From: a virus
Taxonomy: Duplodnaviria; Caudoviricetes
DNA length: 58,329 bases
IMG/VR virus record: IMGVR_UViG_3300027833_000059
Location: 1-58,329 of that record
Direction: 5' to 3' (one strand)
Shown: piece by piece, positions 9,406-19,465 of the stretch
How positions within the stretch are numbered: the first letter of the stretch is position 1
Layout of the letters: each line of letters opens with the position of its first letter
The notes under the pieces: generated by a model
Seen by the model: only the letters and a program-made list of their open reading frames with translations
Told to the model about the DNA's origin: nothing
Databases searched by the model: none
Translations under genes and position numbers: made by a program

Positions 9406-10770
9406 TTATAGATTATCTATTATTAAATCGTGTATTAAATCAACATTATCTTCTTGAAATGCGTTTAACTCTTCATCAGACATAGGATTACCATCTACAT
9501 ATTCACCACTATCAACATATGCGTCAGCAAAGTCTGGATAATCTGTAATATCATACTTAATATCTAATGATGCTAAATTAACTTGATTTCCATTAAAGTC
9601 AATAGTTCCAGTATCTTCATTTTCAACTACATTGTTTTTCTTAGTAGGTTTAAATTCGAACATTCTATTTTTTCTTGAAGATTTAACTTCTTCGTTCTTT
9701 TTAACACAGTTTGGTACTTTTTTACCACCCTTATCTTTCATACCTATCATTTCATGACTATCCCAACATGGGTCATCATCCTCAACGGTTAAGAAGTTAG
9801 TTACCTCATCAGTATCATCAGTTGAAGTTGACACATGGTCTTTAGCCCAATCAGCATTTTTAAGTTTACCCTTTATAACGTCTTTATCCATTGATAGAAT
9901 TTTATCAATATCCATCTTCATATTATTTAAATTTTGCGAAAACATATTTTCTTCTTCACTTAATATATCAGATACTGACTTAGTTGACCACATTTTACAT
10001 GACCAATACCTAGCTTTAGTTTTAGGTCCTGGACTATCACACTTATGTCTAGCTCTAAACGATTTTCTTCTTTCTGGGTCATCTCTTTTAATCTCCATGT
10101 TTTTATCACCGAAATTAACCTTAACAACATTACCCTTTTCATTTTTAACGTAAACTTTATATTTCTTAACATCACCTCTCATTGGTTTATTAAGTTTAAC
10201 GGTTTTACCTTGGTACTCAGCTTCGTTTAAAGCTTCTAAATCATCAATAGGTTCTTCTTCACTAGGTTCTTCAGAATCAACTGACATTTCTCTATCAGCA
10301 TCATCACCTAAATCCATAGAATCATTATTTCCAGACTTATTAATTTTATCGATTATATCTTTCTTATCTTCCTCATCCATGTCACTAGAATTAGTTGCAG
10401 AAATCACAGAATTAATTGCAAATTTTTCTAATTCAAAATCTGGTTGGCCTAAATCTTCTGTATATTTTCTAAGTGACGTACCTAATTTACCAGATAATTG
10501 TTGGATGTACTTTTCAGGGTCTTCATCTTCACTAGCTTCAACACCAGCGTCGAATGGTTCATCATTAAAAGGTTTATCATCACCTTCACTACCAAAATCA
10601 CCTTCATCACCTAAATCTTCAAAATCATCAAGGTTATCATCGCCTAATTCATCACCACTAGAACCACCAAAAGCTGGCTCACTCTTAGGTGCGTCCAGCT
10701 TTAGTTTATATTTAGTTTCCTCTTCTAAGTTGTAACCATCTTCTTCATCTTCAAAAAGACCAGTTGTCAT
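9406..10770 (-). CDS. Multidomain acidic protein, candidate internal head protein; possibly the frameshift extension of 10791-11585
   Basis: Contains the modules EAEYQGKTVKLNKP...RRKSFRARHKC...YWSCKMW and PCW...GMKDKGGKKVPNCV, which recur in T4-like phage proteins. Confidence 0.7.
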   Translation of the reverse strand: MTTGLFEDEEDGYNLEEETKYKLKLDAPKSEPAFGGSSGDELGDDNLDDFEDLGDEGDFGSEGDDKPFNDEPFDAGVEASEDEDPEKYIQQLSGKLGTSLRKYTEDLGQPDFELEKFAINSVISATNSSDMDEEDKKDIIDKINKSGNNDSMDLGDDADREMSVDSEEPSEEEPIDDLEALNEAEYQGKTVKLNKPMRGDVKKYKVYVKNEKGNVVKVNFGDKNMEIKRDDPERRKSFRARHKCDSPGPKTKARYWSCKMWSTKSVSDILSEEENMFSQNLNNMKMDIDKILSMDKDVIKGKLKNADWAKDHVSTSTDDTDEVTNFLTVEDDDPCWDSHEMIGMKDKGGKKVPNCVKKNEEVKSSRKNRMFEFKPTKKNNVVENEDTGTIDFNGNQVNLASLDIKYDITDYPDFADAYVDSGEYVDGNPMSDEELNAFQEDNVDLIHDLIIDNL

Positions 10771-10790
10771 ACCATCAGAATGAGTTTCGT

Positions 10791-11585
10791 TTATGCTTTT
10801 TTTTTTAAGATACTTAGTATAGCATTTTTATCAGACTCATTTAAAGTATTTAAATCTATTGTATCAGTATTTTCTATAGATTCAACTATATCCACCATTT
10901 CAGCAACAGCCTTAGCTATACTAAAACCTTTTCTTGTTTCGTTAACTTCTACTTCTTCCTCAATAGTACAATCAGTTTCATCAGATAACATTTCATCAAT
11001 AGCCATCTCATTCTCACTTAACTTAACATCTTCATAATCACCAGATTTACCATCGGCAACATTATCACCAAAACCATCTTTTTCTTTACCTTCTTTTGAT
11101 TTATAATCTAACTTTTCACCAGACTTATCAACAACATATTCATCAGCGTCACCCATACCTTTAGTAGCACTTAAAGTGGCGTTTGGATTTATATCGTGGT
11201 GCTCATTTAATAAGTTATCATTAACAAAAACATTAACTTTACTACTAGAACCTTTAGCATCATTAAGGCTCATAAATTTAAGATTTAACATCTTAATAGC
11301 CTTAGCGTATGAAGGGTATGCTTTATCTTTTTTATTTTGAAGTCCACCCATGTAGTTAAAATCTTCAGTCATTAAGTTTGATTTCTTATCAGTGACTTTT
11401 ATGTAATACTCATGGTTTTCTCTAACAATACCATAAATCTTACCATCTGGACCTTCTTTCGTTATCTCAACAACTGAACGGCTAACACTTTCTTTAATAG
11501 GTGTGATGTCCATTAATTTTCTCATTCTATCAATTGCTTGATTCCCTTTTAAACCTGTTGGTTTTACTATATTATTCTTTCTCAT
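10791..11585 (-). CDS. Hypothetical protein, candidate internal head protein
   Basis: 264 aa with many (I/L/V)xE motifs; ends in an A10 run followed by GCA TAA. Confidence 0.7.
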   Translation of the reverse strand: MRKNNIVKPTGLKGNQAIDRMRKLMDITPIKESVSRSVVEITKEGPDGKIYGIVRENHEYYIKVTDKKSNLMTEDFNYMGGLQNKKDKAYPSYAKAIKMLNLKFMSLNDAKGSSSKVNVFVNDNLLNEHHDINPNATLSATKGMGDADEYVVDKSGEKLDYKSKEGKEKDGFGDNVADGKSGDYEDVKLSENEMAIDEMLSDETDCTIEEEVEVNETRKGFSIAKAVAEMVDIVESIENTDTIDLNTLNESDKNAILSILKKKA

Positions 11586-11607
11586 ATCTTTAATTTAATG
11601 ATTTTAA

Positions 11608-11865
11608 TTATGGGTTAGGTGAATTACTTAAGGATGGTGCACCAAATGCAACATCTCTTTTATCACCTAAAACAAAAACATCAGCCGTTGGACTAATGGT
11701 TCTAACTGTAATATCTAATGTAGTACTAGCACCCATTTTAACAACAACACCATTTATTGTTGGGGTTGAATCTGCACCAGCATATACTTGTATGTATACA
11801 TTATTATCGAAATCAGCATTAACGGCTTCATGTATTATTGAATTAACTCCAGTATTTAATGGCAT
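11608..11865 (-). CDS. Small beta-rich hypothetical (virion?) protein
   Basis: First gene after the late motif at 11895. Confidence 0.7.
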   Translation of the reverse strand: MPLNTGVNSIIHEAVNADFDNNVYIQVYAGADSTPTINGVVVKMGASTTLDITVRTISPTADVFVLGDKRDVAFGAPSLSNSPNP

Positions 11866-11914
11866 AATTTAAATGTTTTATAATTATTATTTAATAATAA
11901 ATATAATGAGAAAT

Positions 11915-11941
11915 AAAAAAAGCCTCAATAAAGAGGCTTTT
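11915..11941 (-). terminator. Intrinsic terminator after thyA
   Basis: AAAAGCCTC-aataaa-GAGGCTTTT. Confidence 0.8.
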
Positions 11942-11947
11942 GTTAAA

Positions 11948-12778
11948 TTATATTGCAATTTCTAATTTAGATTCTAATTTAGGTATCTTAGATGTGTTGA
12001 TTATAGCAAAGTCATCTATTGTGTAATCGTAAAAGTTTTTATTACCACTAATAATTAACATAGGGGTTTCTGCTAACGTAGGTTTTTTTATTAATTCTAA
12101 CATAGCTTCAGTATGTCTATCATATATGTGTAAGTTTTGAACCATATGTGAAAAATTACCCACACGATAATTTAAATGACCAGCAACCATCATTTGTAAT
12201 GCCACGTATTGAATTTTATTAATATAACCAGCCATTATATAATCATTACTTCTTTGATTTAATGTTAAATCCAAAAAATATTCATCATTAACTTTTCTCA
12301 CTGACCATAATGTTTCGAAAGCACATGGAAACAAACCCTTAGTTTCTTCCATATCTGGCTCTTGTAATAAATTCATAATGTGTCTTCTACCAAAAGGATT
12401 TTCCTTTAATCCCTTAAGTAACTTATTCATTAAATCATACTTTTTAACGGTAGCACCATATCTTTGACCAATGGTTCCGTCACCAATGTCCCATTCATCC
12501 CACCAATTAACACCAAGCTCTCTAGCGTCACTTAATTTATTACTTTGTTTCTGGTATATCCAAAATATTTCTTTAATACCAGTTTTAATTGCAGTTTTTC
12601 TTATTGTTGGTATGGGAAATTCACCATGTTGTATATTATACTTTTCAAAAACTTGGGTCATAAATAAACTATTAGCTTCTTCACCATCTTTATATCTTGG
12701 TCTAGGGTTTTCATCCCAAGTCCCAAAATCTAATATAAGTTTTAAATTTTCTTTATAATAACTATCCGCTTTATTCAT
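11948..12778 (-). CDS. thyA: Thymidylate synthase (ThyA)
   Basis: IGQRYG, FGRRHI, LFPCAF (catalytic Cys), LNQRSND, NLHIYDRH. Confidence 0.95.
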   Translation of the reverse strand: MNKADSYYKENLKLILDFGTWDENPRPRYKDGEEANSLFMTQVFEKYNIQHGEFPIPTIRKTAIKTGIKEIFWIYQKQSNKLSDARELGVNWWDEWDIGDGTIGQRYGATVKKYDLMNKLLKGLKENPFGRRHIMNLLQEPDMEETKGLFPCAFETLWSVRKVNDEYFLDLTLNQRSNDYIMAGYINKIQYVALQMMVAGHLNYRVGNFSHMVQNLHIYDRHTEAMLELIKKPTLAETPMLIISGNKNFYDYTIDDFAIINTSKIPKLESKLEIAI

Positions 12779-13206
12779 TATTTTCTCATTGTTTTATAGG
12801 ATGTTATCATATGTTCAAGTTGGTTAATCATTTTTAAATCGAAAGAACCATTAGTTAAGAAATCATCATTACACTTAACCATAAATTCACCCATACCAGT
12901 CTCAAATTTAACCAACTCTTCAATTTTAAGTTTCTTTATTCTATTAACAATTGCGTCAGCATCAACCTTATCACCCTTAGTAAAATTATAACTCTTTATG
13001 TTACTATTTAAGACTTTACCCTGACTTTCTGCCGTTTCAAATCTCATAAAATCACTATCAGTAACACCTTCATATATATAAGTGTTACCACCCTTAAATA
13101 TAACCTTTAATTCTTTACTACTTTTGTCATAACTTGATGCTATAACGTTTGAAGAATCGTAAACTCCCTTTACTAATCCATCCTTTTCTACTCTTTCTAA
13201 TATCAT
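12778..13206 (-). CDS. KTSC-domain protein
   Basis: SSNVIASSYD...L.VIFKGG.TY.YEGV...F..AESQGK.LN..IK. Confidence 0.85.
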   Translation of the reverse strand: MILERVEKDGLVKGVYDSSNVIASSYDKSSKELKVIFKGGNTYIYEGVTDSDFMRFETAESQGKVLNSNIKSYNFTKGDKVDADAIVNRIKKLKIEELVKFETGMGEFMVKCNDDFLTNGSFDLKMINQLEHMITSYKTMRK

Positions 13207-13385
13207 ATTACTTTAAATTTTTTAATTTCTTCTAATTTAAATACGTGATGTGTACCATCTTTACCTTCTTTAACAATTAAATAATTACCACTATAAATTA
13301 TACTTGAATCTATAAATGTAATTAAATTTGTTGTAGGGGTTAATGGATATTTTTCAACCAACTCAATTTTTTTATAATATATCAT
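13203..13385 (-). CDS. Hypothetical protein
   Basis: 60 aa, ATGA overlap with the KTSC gene, TATATTTG promoter upstream. Confidence 0.65.
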   Translation of the reverse strand: MIYYKKIELVEKYPLTPTTNLITFIDSSIIYSGNYLIVKEGKDGTHHVFKLEEIKKFKVI

Positions 13386-13493
13386 AACCTATTTAATTTT
13401 ATAGTACAAATATAGGATTATTAATTTATAAAATCAACCCTTGATTTTATGGATAATTAAAAGTATATTTGTTTTAAATAAAGACACTAGTAA

Positions 13494-16016
13494 ATGAAAA
13501 TAGAAGTATTACCTATAGTTAAAACTATCATGGCTAAGGCCAATGATGAAGCAATTAATTTTGATGATAAATCACTTAGACCAGAACATATTGTTATCGC
13601 AATATTAAACAATGAAGATAATGATGTTATAAAGGTACTTGAAGAATTATCTGTTCCTATCGATATAATAATAGTTCAAATACAAAAACGCTTAGTAGAC
13701 TACACAACAACAGTACAGGTCGGTAGTAAGTTAGCAAATAGAAGGCCATTTAGTAGTCTAACTAAAGAATGTTTTAACTTATTAGATAAAGAAACATTAG
13801 ATATGGGTGATAAGAGTATTAACGTCACACATATATTATTAACAATATTAAAATTTAATAATTGGACATTAGTTAAATTATTAAATAACAATAAATTAAA
13901 TTATAATAATTTTAAAGAAAAAATAAAAGAAATGGACGGTAAAGAATTTAAAAAAGAAATTGATGAGATTAAAAATTCTACATTCGGTGATGATAAATCA
14001 TTTGAATTTGGTGATGGAGTAGGCTCATTCAATAAGGATGACAAATCTGACAGTAAAAAAACAATGAAAACGCCAGTTCTAGATAAATTCTGTAAGAATA
14101 TTTCTGAACAAGCTGAAGAAGGTAATTTAGACCCAGTAGTTGGTAGAAAAGTTGAATTAAAGAGGGTTACACAAATTTTAGGTAGGAGAAAGAAAAATAA
14201 TCCAATATTAATCGGTGAAGCTGGGGTTGGTAAAACCGCAATCGTAGAAGGATTAGCTCAACTAATTAATGATGGTAAGGCACCTAGGGTATTGTTAGAT
14301 AAAAAAATATATTCATTAAACATATCACATATTGTTGCTGGAACAAAATATAGGGGTCAATTTGAAGAAAGAATGAAAGCGATTCTTGAAGAATTAGAAG
14401 AAAATGATAATGTAATTGTCTTTATTGATGAAATTCATACAATTGTTGGGGCTGGTAATGCACCAGGTGGTATGGATGTAGCAAACATTCTTAAACCAGC
14501 TTTAAGTCGTGAAGGTATTCAAATCATTGGTACAACAACACCTGATGAATATAGAGAAAACATTGAAAAGGATAAAGCTTTAGTTAGAAGATTCCAAGAC
14601 GTTACGGTTAATGAACCAACACATGAGGAAACCATTGAAATTCTTAATAATATTAAGGGTAAATACGAAAAGTATCATAAAGTAAAATACACTGATGAAG
14701 CAATCCAAGAGTGTATTAAAATGTCAGCAAGATATATTACAGATAGATTCATGCCAGATAAGGCTATTGATATTTTAGATGAAGCTGGTTCACAAACTAA
14801 TGTTAGTGAAGATAAACCACAAAATATTAAAAACCTTGAAACTAAGAAAAATAAAATTCATGGTCAAAAGTTAAATGTGGTTAAAGAACAAAAATTCGAA
14901 GAAGCTGCAAAACTTAGGGATGAAGAAAGAAAGGTTAACAGTAAATTAGATAAAGCAAGAGCTGATTGGACAGAAGCTTTAGATAAAGAAATTAATACCG
15001 TTGATGTTGATTTAATTGCTGATGTAGTATCAGTAATGACTGGTATCCCAGTTAATAAAATTTCATCACAAGAAACTAAGAGTCTAATGTCAATGGATAA
15101 AACCTTAATGGGTAAAGTTATTGGTCAAGATGAAGGTGTTAAAAAAGTTATTAAGTGTATTAAGAGAAATAGGTTAGGTATTAAAGACCAAAACAAACCA
15201 ATTGGTTCATTTATTTTCTTAGGTCCTACAGGTGTTGGGAAAACTTATTTAACTAAGTTATTAGCCGAAGAGGTATTTTCTGATTCTGATTCTTTAATTA
15301 GAGTTGATATGAGTGAATATATGGATAAGCATAATGTATCTAGACTTATTGGACCACCACCAGGATTTGTAGGTTATGAAGCTGGAGGTCAATTAACTGA
15401 AAAGGTTAAAAGAAAACCTTATTCTTTAATTTTATTTGATGAGATTGAAAAGGCTCACCCAGATGTTTTTAATGTTTTATTACAAGTATTAGATGAAGGT
15501 CACCTTACTGATGGTTTAGGTAGGAAAGTTGATTTCAAAAACTGTTTAATTATTATGACTTCAAATGTTGGTGTTAGTGATTTAAATACATTTGGTAAAA
15601 GTATGGGGTTTGATACTGATGCGACAATTGCAAATGAAGAACAAAAAAATCGTTCTATTATTGAAAAGGCACTTAAAAAGAAGTTTAAACCTGAATTCTT
15701 AAATCGTATTGATGAAACTATCATCTTTAATAGTCTAACTGAGGGTGATATACATAAAATTATATACAATGAATTAGATAGTTTAAAAGCTAGAGTTTTA
15801 GAAACTGGATTTACACTTAAAATTAATAAAAGTGTTATAGAGTATGTAGCAAAACAAGGTTACGATAAAGCCTACGGTGCTAGACCTTTAAATAGAGCAA
15901 TCCAAAGATATATTGAAAGTCCAGTTGCTGATGAAATTATAAGTGGTAAGTTTGTTGAAGGTGATACAATTAAAATTAGTTATAATAAAAAAAATGATAA
16001 GATAGTCTTATCATAA
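13494..16016 (+). CDS. clpC: ClpC-type AAA+ unfoldase (Clp protease ATP-binding subunit)
   Basis: Clp-N repeats; two AAA modules (GEAGVGKT/FIDEIH and GPTGVGKT/LFDEIEKAH); UVR-like middle domain FEEAAKLRDEE; MGF loop; GARPL. Confidence 0.93.
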   Translation: MKIEVLPIVKTIMAKANDEAINFDDKSLRPEHIVIAILNNEDNDVIKVLEELSVPIDIIIVQIQKRLVDYTTTVQVGSKLANRRPFSSLTKECFNLLDKETLDMGDKSINVTHILLTILKFNNWTLVKLLNNNKLNYNNFKEKIKEMDGKEFKKEIDEIKNSTFGDDKSFEFGDGVGSFNKDDKSDSKKTMKTPVLDKFCKNISEQAEEGNLDPVVGRKVELKRVTQILGRRKKNNPILIGEAGVGKTAIVEGLAQLINDGKAPRVLLDKKIYSLNISHIVAGTKYRGQFEERMKAILEELEENDNVIVFIDEIHTIVGAGNAPGGMDVANILKPALSREGIQIIGTTTPDEYRENIEKDKALVRRFQDVTVNEPTHEETIEILNNIKGKYEKYHKVKYTDEAIQECIKMSARYITDRFMPDKAIDILDEAGSQTNVSEDKPQNIKNLETKKNKIHGQKLNVVKEQKFEEAAKLRDEERKVNSKLDKARADWTEALDKEINTVDVDLIADVVSVMTGIPVNKISSQETKSLMSMDKTLMGKVIGQDEGVKKVIKCIKRNRLGIKDQNKPIGSFIFLGPTGVGKTYLTKLLAEEVFSDSDSLIRVDMSEYMDKHNVSRLIGPPPGFVGYEAGGQLTEKVKRKPYSLILFDEIEKAHPDVFNVLLQVLDEGHLTDGLGRKVDFKNCLIIMTSNVGVSDLNTFGKSMGFDTDATIANEEQKNRSIIEKALKKKFKPEFLNRIDETIIFNSLTEGDIHKIIYNELDSLKARVLETGFTLKINKSVIEYVAKQGYDKAYGARPLNRAIQRYIESPVADEIISGKFVEGDTIKISYNKKNDKIVLS

Positions 16017-16020
16017 CATA

Positions 16021-16051
16021 AAAAAAAGACCCACAATGTGGGTCTTTTTTT
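16021..16051. terminator. Bidirectional terminator between convergent genes
   Basis: AAAAAAAGACCCACA-a-TGTGGGTCTTTTTT. Confidence 0.85.
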
Positions 16052-16718
16052 ATTTTATATCATTTAACCTTCTCCTTATTCCAACAATGTAATGATGTTC
16101 GGATAATTCATTACCATCTCTCAAGTATTTTCTTAAACCACCCATCCCTATGTTATAACCAACTAAGGCTTTTAGTATTTTACGTTTACTTAAGTTATAT
16201 TTCATAATAAAACCCCACATAATAATATTATTATCTTTATTTGATAACCATTTTTTTGTTAATTTTATTTTACAACTCTTTGTTAAAGTTTCATCATAAG
16301 CAAACTTAAAATCAGTGGTACCTAATTTGTAAAATTCATTTACATCATCAATCTTTAGTAACCTAACCATACAATCTAGTCCAGTAGAACCTAATATCTG
16401 TGAAAATCCAATTGCACCAGTATTACTAATAACTAATTTACCGAATTTACCCTTATATCTATTGGTATAAGTGTGCTTAGCACCTGATTCTAATAATATT
16501 TGACCTAATAAATATTCTAAGTCAACTCTATTTTTATTTAAATTGTAATGATTGACAACCTTAGTGAAATTTTTTACTGTGAGACTATCTATTTCTGGAT
16601 TGTACTTCTTAAATGATTTATAGATGTAATCAAAATCTTTAGCTAAATCTTTTTCATTAATACTATTACAGTAAATTAAGTTAGGTATTAAAAATAATAC
16701 CATAATTAAATTTTTCAT
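16050..16718 (-). CDS. Secreted lytic transglycosylase (SLT-like)
   Basis: Signal-like N-terminus; ILLESG catalytic motif, GAIGFSQI, ALVGYNIG. Confidence 0.75.
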   Translation of the reverse strand: MKNLIMVLFLIPNLIYCNSINEKDLAKDFDYIYKSFKKYNPEIDSLTVKNFTKVVNHYNLNKNRVDLEYLLGQILLESGAKHTYTNRYKGKFGKLVISNTGAIGFSQILGSTGLDCMVRLLKIDDVNEFYKLGTTDFKFAYDETLTKSCKIKLTKKWLSNKDNNIIMWGFIMKYNLSKRKILKALVGYNIGMGGLRKYLRDGNELSEHHYIVGIRRRLNDIK

Positions 16719-16784
16719 AATTACATATTTTAAATGTTAAAGTACAAACTTACAAAAAAAATGTGTAATATCAAAATAATAAAC

Positions 16785-16816
16785 AAAAAAAGTTAGAAGG
16801 TATACCTTCTAACTTT
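16785..16816 (-). terminator. Intrinsic terminator
   Basis: AAAGTTAGAAGG-tata-CCTTCTAACTTT. Confidence 0.8.
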
Positions 16817-16841
16817 CATTTACTTGTTAAATAATAAGTAA

Positions 16842-17036
16842 TTACTTCTTAGTAATCGCCTTAATTGTTTTTTCTAATTTAGCTACTTTAGATTCCAAAA
16901 GTGTTGCTTTTTTAGCTTCTTGTTCAGCTATCCATTCAACTTTTTTCTTACCAACCGCTTCTACAACGATTTTATCTATTAAGTCTACTAATTCGTTCTC
17001 AGTAATTTTTACGGTTTTAATACTTTCTTTTGACAT
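16842..17036 (-). CDS. Small hypothetical protein, candidate head-targeted
   Basis: VKITENELVDLIDKIVVEA and LLES motifs; late motif at 17072. Confidence 0.7.
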   Translation of the reverse strand: MSKESIKTVKITENELVDLIDKIVVEAVGKKKVEWIAEQEAKKATLLESKVAKLEKTIKAITKK

Positions 17037-17091
17037 ATTTTTGTTGATTTTATAAAATTTTATTCGTCTTTTAATAAATATGTAAAAATTA

Positions 17092-17244
17092 TTAAAAAGT
17101 TACTTTTTTGACTTCATATATCATTAATAAATTAAATTTTGATAATAATTTAATTTGTGAAAAGTAATCAATAGCTTCTTCAATTGTATTTCTACCCGTA
17201 ATTTTACTAATAACTTCACCTTTTTTTGTTGTTAATTCATACAT
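17092..17244 (-). CDS. Small hypothetical protein (50 aa, not in track)
   Basis: MYELTTKKGEVISKITGRNTIEEAIDYFSQIK...; fills the intergenic gap. Confidence 0.6.
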   Translation of the reverse strand: MYELTTKKGEVISKITGRNTIEEAIDYFSQIKLLSKFNLLMIYEVKKVTF

Positions 17245-17274
17245 AATATATTAATTTAAATTAGTTACTTATTT

Positions 17275-17805
17275 TTAACTTCTACTAGCCTTATCTGCTG
17301 ATTTTGATGCAGCCCACGCATCTGGTTTAATTTTAAATTCATAACCCATACCTAAAATATAACCCACAGATTCAGATATAGCTTTATTTGATTCCCATTT
17401 AATGTCAGGGTTTATATCCGCATGAACTTCTAATGGTATTTCATATAAATCTAACAAGGGTGATATCTCATACGCAATCTCTATTGATTTACTAACTTCA
17501 TATAACATTCTTTCTTTAACACCAGCCTTAGTTTTTTTATACTTATCAGTAAAATGACTTATATACATAACCATTGTTCCTCTACCAACTACAACACCAC
17601 CACCTAAATCTTCAGACTTTGTGACATCAATAACTGTAGCAAAGTTATAACCCTTACCTTTTCTTTGTGAATCAGTACCGACAGCAACCTTTAGAGTCAT
17701 TCCCTTTTCAATTTCTTCATCAAACATTTTACTTAAGTAATCAAGTATTGGTTCTTTAATAGGTCCATGCCCCATTCTTTTCCAAATTAAATCATTTTTT
17801 TTCAT
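17275..17805 (-). CDS. RNase H-like YkuK/DUF458 family protein
   Basis: VAVGTDSQ, ERMLYEV..S, EVHADIN, KPDAWAASKSAD. Confidence 0.85.
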   Translation of the reverse strand: MKKNDLIWKRMGHGPIKEPILDYLSKMFDEEIEKGMTLKVAVGTDSQRKGKGYNFATVIDVTKSEDLGGGVVVGRGTMVMYISHFTDKYKKTKAGVKERMLYEVSKSIEIAYEISPLLDLYEIPLEVHADINPDIKWESNKAISESVGYILGMGYEFKIKPDAWAASKSADKASRS

Positions 17806-17873
17806 TTTAAAATTATTTTTTAATTATAACAAAAATACACCTTTTTTATTTAATAATCAACCCCCAATTAAAC

Positions 17874-17901
17874 AAAAAAAGTGTGGTAAAACCACACTTT
17901 T
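17874..17901 (-). terminator. Intrinsic terminator
   Basis: AAAAGTGTGGT-aaa-ACCACACTTTT. Confidence 0.8.
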
Positions 17902-17903
17902 AA

Positions 17904-18242
17904 TTAATCATAAAATCTTTTTAAGAAATCCTCGTCCAGATAACTCTCTACTCTATTCTTTAAAAACCATATTATTGATGACGAATATTCTTTTCTCTCA
18001 ATAATATCCAACATTACCTCATTTGGATTTTCACCATCAGTTAACCTATATTTAACTTCTTCGAACACATTATATAAACCTGAGTTTAATAATTCAGACA
18101 TAATTAAATTATAGATTTCCCACCTGTGAGTTTCTTCTTCATCAAGTTTGTTTAATGTTTCATTGATGAAATCTTTATACTCTTTATCTAGTCTTGTGTA
18201 AGAACCAGAATCAACCTTAATTGTGAAATTTAACTCTCCCAT
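17904..18242 (-). CDS. Hypothetical protein, paralog of 18322-18645
   Basis: Shared RW..YN..M.EL and Y.LTD..NP.EV motifs. Confidence 0.75.
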   Translation of the reverse strand: MGELNFTIKVDSGSYTRLDKEYKDFINETLNKLDEEETHRWEIYNLIMSELLNSGLYNVFEEVKYRLTDGENPNEVMLDIIERKEYSSSIIWFLKNRVESYLDEDFLKRFYD

Positions 18243-18321
18243 AATTAATAAATTTTACTTATGTTATTTAAAGATAAATATCTAAAATTTATCAAACCAA
18301 CCAAGGATAAGGTAACTTTTT

Positions 18322-18645
18322 TTAAAAATTTTTCATCTTATAATACAAACGCTCTAATTCATCATTTTTAACTGATAATTCACTTATTAATTCTATACAA
18401 ACTTCAGTAGGGTTAGAATCATCAGTTAATTTATATTGTAATTCTTTAACCTTTTCGTTGTTTTTTAAATTGTGTTTTAACTCTATCATCAATTGATTAT
18501 AAGTGGCCCATCTATCTTTATCAGTTAATGAACCATTTATTAATTTATTAGTCACCGTATCTTCATACTCAATCTCTAAGTTAGATTCAAATTCACCATA
18601 ATACTCCCTCAAGGTTTTTTTAATTTTACTCTTTAGGTCCATCAT
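18322..18645 (-). CDS. Hypothetical protein
   Basis: N-terminal IKKTLRE; paralog of 17904-18242. Confidence 0.75.
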   Translation of the reverse strand: MMDLKSKIKKTLREYYGEFESNLEIEYEDTVTNKLINGSLTDKDRWATYNQLMIELKHNLKNNEKVKELQYKLTDDSNPTEVCIELISELSVKNDELERLYYKMKNF

Positions 18646-18649
18646 TTAT

Positions 18650-18985
18650 TTAAGTGTTTAAAGAAATATTTTTTGATATATTATTATCGACAATTGAATC
18701 ATTACACCAATCGTCTAATAATTGTTTACTAAACTTTTGACCTAAAGTGTATTTATTTATAATATAATCCAATAAATCTCTAGGTGTGATTAATTCACCA
18801 TCAACAACAACCTCAAACATTTTTCTTTCCTTATAATCATTACCATCCCTATAAGTTTCTACTGTTTTCTTATAGTTCCTATTCAAATCATCTAAAACAC
18901 GACCAATAATAACTTCCTTACTGTTTTCGTTAATTAACTTAGTCAACATCTTATACTGTCTTTCTGATATTATTAATTTTTTCAT
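18650..18985 (-). CDS. Hypothetical protein, candidate head-targeted
   Basis: N-terminal MKKLIISERQYKMLTKLINE. Confidence 0.75.
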   Translation of the reverse strand: MKKLIISERQYKMLTKLINENSKEVIIGRVLDDLNRNYKKTVETYRDGNDYKERKMFEVVVDGELITPRDLLDYIINKYTLGQKFSKQLLDDWCNDSIVDNNISKNISLNT

Positions 18986-19002
18986 AATTTGATGGGTTTT
19001 AA

Positions 19003-19314
19003 TTATCTTAGGTTAGAAACAAACTCTTCTAACTTATCTTTTTGTACAACACCTGGAACTTTAGTTACCATTCTACCATCCTTAAACAAAACAGTTGTTG
19101 GAATACTCCTAATACCGTATTTAGAAGCCGTTTCTGAATTTAAATCTACATTAGCCTTAACTACTGTGATATCTTCATTATCAGCTTGGAAAGCGTCTAA
19201 TATTGGACTGTAAGTTTTACAAGGACCACACCATGGGGCGTAAAAATCTAATACAGTTACTCCACCTTTTTCAAGGATTTCATTCAATTTATCATCTTTT
19301 AATTCTAAAATCAT
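19003..19314 (-). CDS. trxA: Thioredoxin
   Basis: DFYAPWCGPCK, YGIRSIPT, FKDG. Confidence 0.95.
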   Translation of the reverse strand: MILELKDDKLNEILEKGGVTVLDFYAPWCGPCKTYSPILDAFQADNEDITVVKANVDLNSETASKYGIRSIPTTVLFKDGRMVTKVPGVVQKDKLEEFVSNLR

Positions 19315-19465
19315 ATTTATAATTTTTTAGTTACTTTTATACTAATAAATATAAAGAATTTACTAATAAAATCAAGGTATTATTAATTTTTTATTAAATA
19401 ATTTGCATTGTAATTTAAATTTACATATCTTTGTAAAAAGAATTTTTAATTTAAATAATTATATT

